A stretch of 63,514 nucleotides of DNA, filler included, from Rhabdomonas costata (taxonomy: Eukaryota), in assembly GCA_019059605.1 (NCBI GenBank). It is 38 parts of 38 records of this genome, joined end to end, with 100 filler letters (N's around TTAATTAATTAA, not from the genome) between each part and the next. Parts side by side here need not be neighbours in the genome. Positions count along the whole stretch, not along the records: positions 10,041 to 11,615 come from JAHMHO010012753.1; positions 11,716 to 13,290 come from JAHMHO010012754.1; positions 13,391 to 14,965 come from JAHMHO010012755.1; positions 15,066 to 16,639 come from JAHMHO010012756.1; positions 16,740 to 18,316 come from JAHMHO010012757.1; positions 18,417 to 19,990 come from JAHMHO010012758.1; positions 20,091 to 21,665 come from JAHMHO010012759.1; positions 21,766 to 23,340 come from JAHMHO010012760.1; 30 more parts are not named here. One strand, written 5' to 3'. Below the pieces are notes generated by a model. That model was not told where the DNA came from and ran no database searches. It saw only the letters and a list, made by a program, of their open reading frames with translations. Below are positions 10,409 to 23,340 of this stretch, piece by piece. Every line of letters starts with the position of its first letter. Within the stretch, counting starts at the first letter, position 1. Both the position numbers and the translations under genes were made by a program.

Positions 10409-13400
10409 GACTCGGCTCGTTCGTGGGCCCCACTTGTACCGACGACACTCTGGTCCTCATGAGAGAGAGCCTTCAGTTTCGCAGGACCCAACCTAATTAT
10501 CAAACAAAATCCGAACAAGAGCAGCCTTTCTTAGGACTTGGCATGGTGACGAACATGAAACAATATAGCCTGACTCTCGAGCATTACTTTTCAAAGCTTA
10601 AGAGTCAGGGCGTTTGAAAGACCGGAAGGAAAACCACTTCCCCACGCTGTCTCATAAGTACGTCCTCCCTGCTACCACGCTCCCCCATTACGTGCCCCTG
10701 GATGGTCAATGTTTAAACTCTCCTAGCGGATATGAGTTCCTCATTTACAAGCTGTTTAGCCGCATCTGCAATATCCGCAGGTCTAACTAATTAACTTGCC
10801 GGAATCTCTTCGTAAAGCTTGCAAGAGGAAAGGGAACAATCAATCTGGCTCTGTGCCACCGCATCATACTTCCACTTGACACTCACATGGGTGCGAAGCA
10901 CCGCACCGCACAACACAGAACATCGCAACAAGACGCTGGCCTAGTATGACAGAGAGAGTAGAACACAGAATCGAATCTAAAAATTAGCGTATCTTTCCTC
11001 TTTAAGCCCGGAAACCAGAGTGACGAGGAACCACACTCGCTAAAATCCTTGCGGAGCTTCAGGTTGTGTCTTCAATCCAAGCTTGCTGGGAACGCACGCA
11101 ATGCACAGCTCTCGACGGAAGCCGGGGTGTGGTGGTCAAGGAATGACACCACTGCCGATAGGGTCAACCCCATCAGTGCTGCCATCCGCAGCCCCCTCCC
11201 CGGGCTTCCTCCATAACAGATATTTGCTGTCAAACCAGCGCTCCCCGTACTCCTGAAGGTATCAAGATGAGAGAGAACAACACCCACGTATCCGCCTAGC
11301 AGCACGGACAGGAGATATAAGATGGGATTACAGATTTAAACCCACAATGGGGAGTTGATCCAAATATGAATCTGTGTGTTCAGAAACGCGAGCAGAGGCA
11401 GGCGGCTGGTCGCGGTTTCCAGGTTTTTCTGACTAGCGTGGGGAATGCCACACGTGATATCTGGTGATACCCAGCTTTCACTCACATCCAATCGGAATTT
11501 AAAATATTCTGGTCCAATGAGAATACTGAGCAACGCGGCGGAAAAGCCTGCTCACCTGCCTGTTCCACTCTGAAAGCGATTTCTGAACACACAGATTCAT
11601 ATTTGGATCAACCCCNNNNNNNNNNNNNNNNNNNNNNNNNNNNNNNNNNNNNNNNNNNNTTAATTAATTAANNNNNNNNNNNNNNNNNNNNNNNNNNNNN
11701 NNNNNNNNNNNNNNNGTTGTGGTGGCTTCCCGCGCTTTTTGCCCCCGCTCGGAAGAACGGTTGAGGCAACGCCGTGCACACAGATCCGTCGAGGCATTGT
11801 AAATCCGGTCAAGACAAGTGAGCAGCTGGCACTTCTTTGTGCTGGTGCGAAAAAATATGGGTGAGCTCGCGTGTTGCCCCGCACACTCTTTTTGAAGGTT
11901 TGTGCGGTGGAGCTGTTTATCGTCCCTTCCAAAAACGAGACACCGATAGATGTTTCTGAATGAGAAAGCATCCATCACACAAAACCGACTAAAGAGAAAA
12001 ATAAAAGAGAAAGAGAGAGTTTTTAAGACTGGAGTGGAATATTCCATTAAAATGAAGATGTTTCAAAAGCGCTAAGAAAATGGGACGAAATGCATTCCCA
12101 CACGCAAACAAACACACGCGCAAGCTTTCAAGAACGCATCCGGAAGAATAATCTTTATGATCGTCCGCAAACAAGAAAATGTGTGAGCCACCATGTGAAA
12201 CACCCAACGTCCCTCTCAAGTTTGGAAATAATAAAATCGTTGATATAGCGACCAGTTCACAACGGGAACCTAAAATCTTCGCAACCTTGGAAAATATCAC
12301 AGCGGGTAATGTTTGAAGCATAGATTACTCCCCATTTACAGAGTACCATACAAGTGGTTTCCTTTAAATTCGCGTTAGAGCGGCATATGGAGGCAGGAAA
12401 CTCAGGTCTCCCTTTCACCCGATGGCTCCATTTTTGGCGCACACAACAACCAAGCTACCGCGTGGCCTCACACATGCATGTGATGTGAACTCCTGGGTCC
12501 GTGTTTCAATACTGGCCGCCAACTCACCCGCGAGCAAATGAAACCTCTGTTTCAAGAACCACCTGGAAAGTCCGGAAGCCATATCTGACAGTAGGTGCCA
12601 TGCATTGGTGAAGCAGCAACTAACAGAAACAAATGTCACAGCAGACGTTATGTCTTTGGAAATCTTCTCTGAGCAACATACGTGCCTTCATTCAAATGAA
12701 AAACTCTCCACTCAAGAAGGCCATGTTGAAACTATACAATGGAAGTTTTTGATAAAAAACAAAGACTTACAAACGTGAAACCATTCGCCGGATTTGGTGA
12801 TGCCATGTGATCTGTATATGTTGCATGGAAAACAGTAGAACAAGTCGTCACAAGCCTGTTGCATTTTGCACATTTTGCTTGCAAAGCGTGAAAGCTTCAA
12901 GGAATTCAAAGCACTTTTAAAACACAAGAAAACAGTCTGTGTAATTTCCGCACGCTGTGCTAGCAGGATCTCGATACACACCTACTAATACATGCATATG
13001 AAGTACAAAATCGGCCATTGGTCAGTGATAATACATTACCAACAACAATTAGAGTGTCTCTTGTTGGGTTATAACTCCCATAGGCGACGTTTCACTAAAA
13101 CGCGTAGCAACGAAATCTTGTATGCAATTAAAATTATACACGGCCTTTGACAGCTTCTTTGGGATTTCAATTATGGCGTCTTGAACATCAATGTGACCGA
13201 ATATCAGACGTTCTCGTAAGTGCATATGTAGAAAGCCAAATGTGCACTATAAACGAGAAAAACTGCCACCTTCATATTCACCCACAACCCNNNNNNNNNN
13301 NNNNNNNNNNNNNNNNNNNNNNNNNNNNNNNNNNTTAATTAATTAANNNNNNNNNNNNNNNNNNNNNNNNNNNNNNNNNNNNNNNNNNNNGTTTTTGGGG

Positions 13401-13664
13401 GTTCTCAAAATGCGCAACGCCAAACAAAACCTGCACATGACAAGCAGCGTAGCAGAGTGTCACGTGCGTTCTTGGCCAACTGTTGCAGACTGAAATGAAA
13501 AGCGATGCAGTCCTGCGGGGTATTACGGGAGGGAGATTTGGTTCTGCACCACACCATTCCACCAGAGAACTTCGAGAACCGTCACCAGCAGCACCCTCGT
13601 TATAGACACATTCAGCGATGACAAGATTGCACCCTTTTCTTTGAGCGGGAGGGCAACTCCATAG

Positions 13665-14950
13665 GGTATGGTGACCCGGACTCCGCCTACTACAAGAACA
13701 TGCCAGATCAGCTCACGACTGTAAACTTTGTGGACAGTCTGGTTGACCTGGACCACGTGCGCAGCTCGTTTGAGGTTCGCAATCAATTCCACGCACGAAC
13801 ACACGCACACGCACACACACACACACTCTCTCTCTCTCTTTGGGTCTCTTTGGGTGTCTGGGTGGAACTTTGTGCCATCCAGACAGACAGTGTGTGCAGC
13901 GGACTGCCACGGCAGTTGACCGTCAGGAAAATGTAGTGCTGTGGAAGAACAGCGAGGCCAGAACATTAGAACGTGTAGATGACACTGCTATTTCCAAGTC
14001 ACAACAGGGTTAGGTTCTTGATGTGCGTTGCCATGAGCCTCGTTTTTTTTGCCTTGCAGCATGAGTATCACATTACTGAGGTGGACACCCCGCAGAAGCC
14101 GCCCTTCCTGGTGACGTTTCCCCCTTCCAAGGGGGAAACCGACCAGCCGGTGTGTGGACACTCGTGTGAATAGTGGACTCGGTGGAAAACAGACTAACCG
14201 TTCATGCCCTCTACATGAAATACGACAATGGTCTGAATTCAGACTTTCGGTTGAACTCGAATGGTGATTTTTCACCCTGTGACCACGAGGCCGAAGAGAT
14301 CACACCAGCACATTGTTTGTTGGTTGGCTGCATTGCATCCGGGAACAGGATGGAGTTGGTAATGCTTGACTTTTCTTTGTGGTGGTAGTTGTCACCCATG
14401 GCTCCAACTGCTTTCGGTATGTTGACGCTGTAGTAGTGTGATGTGGTGCGCTGAAGCGTGCAACACTGCATTTCCATCCCGTGTGGGCATTTGTGGTGAG
14501 TGTCTCAGGCGCCTTTGCCTGCAATGTTCCAGGTAGTTCAGACTTTAACAGCGTCCACAGGGCAGTGTATGTTATTTCCTGTTCATGCTATGATTCAGGT
14601 GAGTGTGTATGTTTGCGTGTGACGGGGATCGGGATTCACATGGGGTAATCCAACCCTACGTTACGAGAGAGAGAGAGGAGGGGGGGACAAGGCACCGTGA
14701 ACTGACAAGAGTGTGAGGCCCCGATGGGCCCATGCTCCGTTGAAAGTTGGGAGCCCAGGGGGGAAGTGGACCTCGAGTCCTCCCCAGAAAAAACTGTAGC
14801 CTTGACAGGTGCACAAATTGTGTGTGTTTGGCTGCGTGCAGGAGAGTCGTCTTCCCCCGATCAAGGTGCGGTCATACCTCCCTCCCAATGAAGGGCCGTA
14901 CCCCCATGACCAGCCCCGGATGAACACCGTGCGGTTCACCCCGGTTCAAG
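13665..14950 (+). CDS. AQR: Aquarius (IBP160) spliceosomal RNA helicase, internal fragment (exons 13665-13774, 14060-14149, 14842-14950)
   Basis: GYGDPDSAYYKNMPDQLTTVNFVDSLVDLDHVRSSF..QKPPFLVTFP..YLPPNEGPYPHDQPRMNTVRFTPVQ matches the conserved AQR segment preceding the P-loop; GT-AG introns in phase. Confidence 0.9.
14599..14841 (+). repeat. Dispersed intron-associated repeat, copy A (3' end of AQR intron 14150-14841)
   Basis: About 215 bp alignable by eye to 32943-33153 (GGATCGGG..CACATGGGG..CAAGGCA..TGTGAGGC..CGATGGGCCCATGC..GAAAGTT.GGAGCCCA..CTCGAGTCC..GTGCA..TGTGTGTTTG). Confidence 0.8.
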
Positions 14951-15320
14951 GTCCCTCCTACTCATNNNNNNNNNNNNNNNNNNNNNNNNNNNNNNNNNNN
15001 NNNNNNNNNTTAATTAATTAANNNNNNNNNNNNNNNNNNNNNNNNNNNNNNNNNNNNNNNNNNNNTGTGGGGGGGCTTGCTGCTGGGGTAGGGGGGACTA
15101 TGCACAGCACTGTAGTCGTCTTGTCCACCAAATAAGAAAAGCGAGAAGAGGTGCAAAAGCCGAACAATGAGTGTGGGCGAGAGCGGTGGTGCGGTAAGAA
15201 AGGCCGGAACGTGAGGCAGCAAGCCGGCTTGCGGCGGTCCCGTTTTGACAGGAATGGTGCTGACTGAGCGCGAGCGCGTCTCGACCTGTTGATCTGTGTG
15301 ATGAGTAGCACGGGAAGGGG

Positions 15321-16488
15321 TCACAGACCCCAACGAATCTCCAGCCCACTGGGGTGCTTCCCAATGACCCGCTGCATCGCTCGCACCTCAGGGTGGGTCG
15401 ACAAAGAGGTCTCCTCACCTTTGCTCCCTCCTGGAGAGGTGGCATCCCCGTCGGTAGGCTCCACAATGGGCTCCACCTCCGTCAGCACCCCCCACTCCTG
15501 GGGAGAGCTCTTCTGGGGCCCAGGCGCGGTGGCGTCGTGTGCCCGGGCTGGGGCGATGGCGGCTGCTGCAGCTGAAGCTGTGGTAGAGGGGTTGCGGGCG
15601 GCCCTCAGCCAGCCCTCGAAGTTCTTCTGCAGCTCCGCCCTCACGGCCAAGGCGGAGCCAAGGCCCGGGGCTGTGGCCGTGCCTGGGGCACCTGGGAGGT
15701 CGGTCTTCAGGCGGTACATCCACCTAGAACCGCCAACCCCACTTCGAAACTGATCAGGATCGAGCACGTCTAAAGAAGAGAACTCATGAAAATACTCGAG
15801 CAGAGAGAATATGGATCTCGAGCAGCATGCAAAACCATACCATGGACCGGGGTTCCCACAGAACGACGTCTCCCGATATCAAAAGGCATCCTTTTGCTCA
15901 GACCTGCCACACAGCGGATCGGATCTGGTGAGAGTAGCTGACAAAAACTTCCCACGCGTTCCTCAGCGAGGAGCGCCGTCGTTTGGAGATTGAACTAATT
16001 TGCTGAGTGTGACTTGAGAAGAACAGAAAGGCAGCACCGGGGTCACAGGGAAACGAGCATACTCCATATCCTTATCCTCAGAGACCCCTGTGGTCGACTC
16101 GGGCAGGGGCTGCAGGCAAGCCACCACCTTCGCGGGGCTGCGGTACGCCAGCCGCAGCACAGTACAGGGCACACTGGGCATGTAACACTCCACCTGAGAG
16201 AGCAGGGAGAGATCATGCTCAACCTCGGCGCGACGCATCAGCGACACTCCCGGCACCACAGCGAGTGAATGAAAGAAAGTCCAGGCAAGCACATGATGGG
16301 AAAGCAGACAGAAGCTGAAGCTGTGTGAGTGAAGCCAAAAAGCAAGAGTCAGGGAGTAGCCCGGAAAATGCAGAACGTGCCTGCTTCGCCACGGCCTCCG
16401 TCACCAGAATGGGCACGCCGTGCTCTTTGCAGCCCACACGCTGCAGCGCTACCGCAACCTCAACCGCCTCCCCAACTACACTGAAGAC
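15321..16488 (-). CDS. C-terminus of a degenerate class III adenylyl/guanylyl cyclase-like protein (exons 16488-16381, 16193-16063, 15723-15321)
   Basis: FSVVGEAVEVAVALQ...GVPILVTEAV aligns to YTVxGDxVNxAxRL...ILVSE; followed by EWMYRL; first intron is GC-AG. Confidence 0.7.
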
Positions 16489-18416
16489 CTAAGAAGGGGA
16501 AAAGAAGGGGAATGTGAGGAGCACTGGACACAGCGCAAGGTTGAAAGAAAAGCTGCAAGCGATACCCGAACCTCAGAACGCAACATCAGCAAGAACCCAT
16601 ACATGCAGACACACCTTCATGGTGTCGCTGCCGAAGTTCNNNNNNNNNNNNNNNNNNNNNNNNNNNNNNNNNNNNNNNNNNNNTTAATTAATTAANNNNN
16701 NNNNNNNNNNNNNNNNNNNNNNNNNNNNNNNNNNNNNNNTGTGGGTTGGGCAAAACAACATTCGGGGAATGTGAAGCCGCCTGCCAGCCACTCCCGTTTC
16801 CTAACACACCACCACCACCACCACCACCACCACCACCTGCATAGTCTTTTTGCTCTGGTTGTTTGCGGTACCGTTGGCGCCTTACGGCTGAGTTGCGCCG
16901 GGATTTTTTTGGCCGGGAGCCCCTCCGCAAAAACCGGTTTGCTTGCCAAGTGTTGTTTCTGTGTACCGCCTTTCTGGCGTGGGTGTGGCTTACCCCGTCT
17001 CTTCCTTCTCGTGTTGTGTGTTTCTCTCTCACGCCCGCGCCTTGGGACGTGCGCCTGCCTCGGTTCGGTCTTCTTTTTGTTCTTGGCGATTTCTTCTTTG
17101 TTTTTGCCGTACTTCATCCCTCCCCGCCACCAAATTGGCCACCAGGACACGGGATGGCGCGTATAGCAAACCACACCCTTTCCAGAGGGGGCGCAAACAA
17201 ATCGGGCCCGACGCCCGCCGGGCGCTCGAACGGCACAGGCCCGCACATGCGTTTTCTTTTTCATCTTGCTGTTTGGCCCCATTTGTTCCCCAAAATCGCC
17301 GTGCTTCGTTCGTTTTTTCGGCTGTCGACCGCCTAGATGCCGCATTTTGAGGTTAACTCTTTTCCAAACTACCCAAGCGGCCGCACCTCGGAGTAATAAT
17401 TGGACGGTGCAAAACGGCGACGTCGCAATCGTAAACGCGCTGGCGTTCCCGTTTTCCCTGGCGGAGTTCGCCCCGGAAAAACTTGTCGGAATTTCTCTGG
17501 GCCTTTCCGCGGGAAAAGACCACGAAAAATTACAACCAAAAAGCGCAAACGCAAAAGAAAACTCAATTTTCTGTACAAGCGCCGGGTGAGTCTGGAGATT
17601 GCGCTAGGCAAAAGGCGCCCAATCAGCCACCTGTTCCGATGTGACAAAAATGGTGGCGGGGGCCTATGGCAAATCAGCCGCCCTGAATCCCGGGGGGGTT
17701 ATGCCGCCTAACTTGTCATACTTCCGGCGGCTTGGCAAACAAACGGTTCCATCCGGACCTGGGCAAACTGCGCGTTTTTGCGGGGGGAAACCGATCCTTT
17801 GGTTCCGCTGATCGGCGCACGACGCCTTCCCTTTAACAGCGTGGACCCGCACATTCGCAAAGAGGCTCGGGCGACGATTTTGTCTGCTACCGGGAAGGGC
17901 GACTGAGGACCTAGGCGGGTGAAGGGCACACCTCCTCGCAGGATTAACCGAAAGAAAAAATATATAAAATATTACACAAATCGAATTTCAAACACCCACA
18001 CCTAATAGGAAAGCCGCGGCACGAAAATACAAAATTACAGTTCCATCCACTTTCCCTCGGGATCAAGAAAGGCGTGATAATGAAACAACCGCAGTCTCCA
18101 CGCAAAAACGTCCACTGGGTCCAGGCAAAAGCTAAAACATCCCACCTTCAACATTTGGGGTCGCAAAGTCTTCATCGCGTCTTGTTCTTCTTTGCGTTTT
18201 CGTTGTGTTTCTTCCGGATGCCGTTCATGGTGGTGATGGTGATGCTCATGGACCCTCCCCCGTGCTGCACGACAGGGTTGTGGCGGTGAGGGGTGGGTCC
18301 ATGAGCATCACCACCCNNNNNNNNNNNNNNNNNNNNNNNNNNNNNNNNNNNNNNNNNNNNTTAATTAATTAANNNNNNNNNNNNNNNNNNNNNNNNNNNN
18401 NNNNNNNNNNNNNNNN

Positions 18417-19713
18417 GTTTTTTGGTGCAGAGCGGGGCAAGCCGCGGTGGCCACGCGAGCGGACAGTACGAGGAGAGGGTTCGGCTGGGGCAGGCCAAGG
18501 CAACCGCGAAGCCGAAGAAGGGCGCCGAGCCTTCCTCGAAGCTGCGCCAAAAGTGTGTCCTAGAGGCCCTTCGCGTGTTCATGGGTTTATGGGGCTGCTC
18601 GGGAATCGATGCTGTCAGGGGAACAGAGGGCAGTTTTCTCGAGTATGGAGTAATCCATGAAAATGGTTCTCTGCATCTCCCCTTTGCGTGCACGTCTTTT
18701 GTTTCGCGGAATGCTTTTTGGTGGGTGTTTTCTTTTTGCCTTTCCTGGGAATGCACACTGCTGCATCGCCTGCTTCCCGTGCTTCCCGCAGTCACAGAGG
18801 AGGCTCATACTTGTTGGAATGCAGCGCTCCTTGGTTTTGGTTCAGCCTCGGCCCGCATTTTTTCCGGAGAAGATTTTGGTCACCGAACCCCTTAGCCCAG
18901 CGAGGGTATTTCCAACGGTCCACAAAAGCCGAATAAAAAGCGATACGATTTTCCCTGATAAGAAGAATCTAGCCAGGAAGAAAAACTCATGACATTTCTA
19001 ACCTGAGAGCGTGAGAATGGGGTCTTTCATGAACCCGCTTTGGTGAGGTATTCGCGGGGGATGGTGTGCGCAGAGCGGCGCTGGACCTGCACCGAGGCTA
19101 CCGCACCTACGTCAACCTTCTGCCCCCGGATGAGAAGCTTCGCGAGAGGCATGCCCGGCGAGCTCGGCTGCGGGCCGCCGTGGCGATCCAGCGGTGGGTC
19201 CGCAACTGGTGTGCTCCTCTTTCAGGGTCGAATGCACATGCTTTTTCTTTTGCATTTGCCTTTCGTGATGCCCGTGAAGTCCATGTGTGTGCCGGGAGCT
19301 CGTCGTCAGGTAACCCGTTGCATCGAAGATTTTCTGCCTGGAGAGATGGAAAAGAGATCTTTTTGGATATTCAAACAGATGCCAATGTGTGTCGGGCTTG
19401 GAACTGCCAGTGCCCCCAAAGGCGTGGACATTAAATGAAGAAATTTCTAAAATAAATGTATTTCAATGACGTATGATTTTCTATCTCCCAGAGGATTGCA
19501 TGGAAGCGGGTGCGTGTATTATAGGCTCCCTTACCGGACTCTTGTTCGGGAGATGGGCCTGCTGGACGGCACCCGGGCCTCGCTGCACGGCGTGCTTTCC
19601 GCGACCCGAACCCTGCAACACTGCCCCGCCAGTGGGGCCCTCCTGCAGGCCTCCCGAGAGACTCAGCACGCACAGGCTCTGGCCCAGGCAGCCCTCCCCC
19701 AAGATCCCGCTCC
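18417..19713 (+). CDS. IQ-motif protein fragment (3 exons)
   Basis: Spliced RLRAAVAIQRWVRNWLPYRTLVRE; GT-AG joins in phase 2. Confidence 0.55.
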
Positions 19714-21029
19714 GTATGCGACAATACACACGCACACGCACGCACACCCCTCCGTTCGCCCCCTTCCATTCTTCCTGTTCAACGTTTCCCTATATGGAAA
19801 TCGACTGTCACGACCTCCTCCTTTAGAACCCGCGCTTTGAAATGTAACAAACCGACACTGAACTCCGCAACAGCCTCGGTCAACATCTAACTAGCGCCTT
19901 GGCCAAAGTGGTGACAGCCCAAACCATCTCACCCGTCGCCCTAAGAAGCAAACGGGACCGACGTGTCTCAAGATGCCAACCAGATCCTCANNNNNNNNNN
20001 NNNNNNNNNNNNNNNNNNNNNNNNNNNNNNNNNNTTAATTAATTAANNNNNNNNNNNNNNNNNNNNNNNNNNNNNNNNNNNNNNNNNNNNTGTTTTGGGT
20101 GATTGCTGATGTCAATTGGCTCGAATTGGCTCAGATCCTTTTGAGAAACAAACAAAACCGTGTGCGCGGCTTGACTTTGGGGGAGTTTCCCGTTTGGGTG
20201 GGGGGGTGAGGAACAGTTTGTTGTTAAGTTGCAATTTCTGTATTACACCCTGGCGATCGCCCTCTGAGGCAATGTGCGACTTTGCAACGTTTGGCTTCGG
20301 GGTTGAGGGAGTGGTGGTGGTAGTGGGTAATTAAATGTTCTGGAGATGGGTTGTAAATCTGGGGGTGTGGGTAATGGACGGCTGAGACTGACTGGCAGAA
20401 GTTATAGTAAAGACAACCGCTTCCATCGCATTTGCCGGCGCTGTGGGTGTGATTCTAGATTCTCTTGACTCTTACCCGCTCTCTGCCCAGCAAATGTTTT
20501 CATGGAGGTTCTCCTTCCCCCACCGGCGTAGGCATTTCGGTCCCTCTCGTTTACAACGGGTACCCCCCCGGTTCCCAGACACACGCCCGCAGTCTGTGCC
20601 TTTTGTTTTTTCGGCGGGGTGGGTTTTTTCGGCACTTACTGGGCCAGGTTTTTGGGGGCTTTTTTCATTTGGCTGATGCGCGCGTCATGGTTTTAACCGC
20701 GCGCGCTCACTTTCGCTCCCAAACTGTTGAGCTGCCCAATCCCGGCTTTTGGAAAACAGGCCCGCCCGCATAACCGGCGTTCTCCGCACCACTCAAACCG
20801 TTTGGCGTAGCACTACTGGCTTTTGATGCTGTTGGTCACAGCATTTGGAATTATCGGCGTTTGGTTTTTTGGACGGGGTCGGGTTTTAATAGCATTGGGG
20901 TTGGCATCTACCAAGCTGTCTACCGGGCGCGGAAGGGTCACGATCCTTGTTTTTGGGGGCGCTGATTTCGATAAGTTTGGCATTCGGATGCGGGAGGGGT
21001 GCGCCTTCGATTCGGTGCGCTTGTGAATG

Positions 21030-21190
21030 GTTCGGGCTTCGCATTCCGGGTTCGCATTCCGGGTTCGCATTCTTGGTTCGCGTTCTGGGTTCGGTTTGGG
21101 GTTAAGGGCTCGGTTTCGGGTGTCGGCCTTCGTTTCTGGGTTCGTTTCTGGGTTCGTTCCTGGGTTCGGTTTCGGGTTTGCTTCGTTCCG
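21030..21190 (+). repeat. Degenerate 12-13 bp tandem repeat (GGGTTCGCATTCC / GGGTTCGTTTCT) in a G/T-skewed tract
   Basis: Directly visible repeats with a GGGTTC core. Confidence 0.75.
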
Positions 21191-21782
21191 CCTTCGCTGC
21201 TCTGACCGTTACGTTTTTGGAGCTTGCGACGTCATGGGGTTCGGATTTTGGTGTTTGTTTTTCGGGTCGGCGAATATGTTTGTTTTGGTTGTTGGTTTCA
21301 TTCGGCGTTTCTTCTTCTTTCGCATATGTCGTGGTACGGGTTGGCTTCCACGGATGGTCTCATGCGGTCGGGTTTGCGTTCGGGTTTAAGGTACCGGGGT
21401 CGGTGGGTACGTGCAATCTGTGGGGTTGTAGTGGGACTAGGGTTCGATGCGTGAAGAGTTGTCCAAGGGCTGGGGTTCGAAGTTGGCATGTTGTGAAATC
21501 AAGGGGGCTGTGTTCTGGACAGGCATGGGTAAGTGTTGGTTTAAAAAAACCAATAAACATGGGGCTTCAGCCGAAGCACAGGAAACGGCTGCGCGCTGGT
21601 CCTTGCACCCCAGGCCAGTCACTTCCATTTTTGGTTTTTTTAAACCAACACTTACCCACACCCCCNNNNNNNNNNNNNNNNNNNNNNNNNNNNNNNNNNN
21701 NNNNNNNNNTTAATTAATTAANNNNNNNNNNNNNNNNNNNNNNNNNNNNNNNNNNNNNNNNNNNNGGGTTGTTGTTCATGTA

Positions 21783-21822
21783 CCCTAACCCTAACCCTAA
21801 CCGTAACCCTAACCCTAACCCT
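21783..21822 (+). repeat. Telomere-type (CCCTAA)n tract
   Basis: About 6.5 units, one CCGTAA variant. Confidence 0.85.
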
Positions 21823-22034
21823 CTTATATGTAAGGCTAACTGTAACTAAGTCTCTAACCATCGTGCCCAGCGAAGTATTCTAAACGATTTTCCCTCGTGT
21901 TTTTTTTTTTGGATGACGCAGGGACCTAGTGCGCGTGTCCAAAGCATACGATCTCTCGTGACCGACACGTCTGCTGGGAGATATGAACCAAAAACTTTGA
22001 CTTCGAAAATTTGCATGGACCCAAACGGACCAAA

Positions 22035-23040
22035 ATTTTGACTTTTTCGGGTCATATCTCGAAGTATCCGATTTCGTTTTCTTTCGTTATTTTTGCGTTT
22101 ACTCGGGCATATTTAGCGCTTTTGGGGGGGTGCTATACCCCCGGGACATCATTCCACGGTGTTCGAGAGATTTTTGAACAATTGCAAATTTTTGGTCATT
22201 TAGGCCGTTTTTGGGTTGTTGTATGGGAAAAATGTCAATTTCGTCCAGGATGCATGTTTTTGCCAATATTCCGTTACTGTTACGCATTTTGATGGGATAT
22301 TTCACTATTTCTGCAACAACAATTACCAGCAGAGATTGCAAAAAACCGCTTTACAAACCGCGTTACAAAACTCTCACCAGGTACTCTCAGGGTGATGCTT
22401 AAGAAGGCATTTTTAAAAAAGTGAATGTTTTCCATGCAAGGCATTTTTGGCCAAAAAATTTTTTGGGCTTTTGGACTTTTTGGTTCATATCTCGGAGTGG
22501 TCGAATCCGTTTTCCTTCGTTGTTTTTGCGTTGATTGGTGCTTATTTAGGCCTATTTAGGGATGCTACAACCCCTGGGTGTGGTATTTCGGTATTCGGCA
22601 CCTTTTCGAAAATTCGCGTTTTTGGGGTCATTTTGTGTTATAGGGCCGTTTGTATGGAAAAACGTCCTCCAGGATCCATGTTTTGGGCATCGGTTTGGGT
22701 ACGTAGCATGATTATGTGCATCAAATCATTATTTAGTGTTATGAATCGTCCAGCAGAGATGCAGGAAAACCTCATTTGCGGTATCAAACCATGCGGGGGT
22801 ACTCTCGGGGTGAGGGTGAGGGTCGCGGTTTTAAAAAAATGAAAGTTTTCCATGGAAGGCTATTGTAGGCAAAAAAAAAAATCGACTTTTGGGGTCATAT
22901 CTCGGAGTAGTCGAATCCGTTTTCCTTTGTTGTTTTTGCGTTGATTTGGGCATATTTAGGCCAATTTAGGAATGCTACAACCCCTGGGTGTGGTATTTCG
23001 GTTTTCGGCCATTTTTCGAAAAATCGGGATTTTCCGCCTT
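22035..23040 (+). repeat. Diverged tandem repeat, unit ~410-433 bp, ~2.4 copies
   Basis: TCATATCTCG anchor at ~22051, ~22484 and ~22894 with homologous downstream blocks (TTTTTGCGTT..TATTTAG..ATGCTACAACCCCTGGGTGTGGTATTTCGG). Confidence 0.85.
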
Positions 23041-23312
23041 GCATCTTGTTTTGTATGCGCGTGCCCCGGATTTGCCGCGCTGGATGTCCGCTTCGCGGTT
23101 CAAGATCCAAGCGATACCTGGCAGTTTACGATAAACAGGAAATCAATTTACTCCCTCTATTATCTGATTATCCACAAAATGTCAAACTCCATCTTTTTTA
23201 ACCTTCTTTTCTGTAGTCAACAAAAAAATTCAGCTTTTTACCATTTACTCAGCTCAAAGCTCAACCTGCACAAGGCGATGCCACCTTCCCCCGACTTTGC
23301 CCTCACCTCTTG

Positions 23313-23340
23313 TAACCCTAACCCTAACCCTAACCCCAAC
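23313..23340 (+). repeat. Telomere-type (CCCTAA)n tract at contig end
   Basis: TAACCCTAACCCTAACCCTAACCCCAAC. Confidence 0.8.

Noticed and set aside
16740..18316. Overlapping ORFs with poly-His/Trp/Gly and K/R-rich runs
   Set aside because: Produced by a (CAC)n microsatellite and homopolymer-rich sequence; no recognisable domain or consistent exon structure
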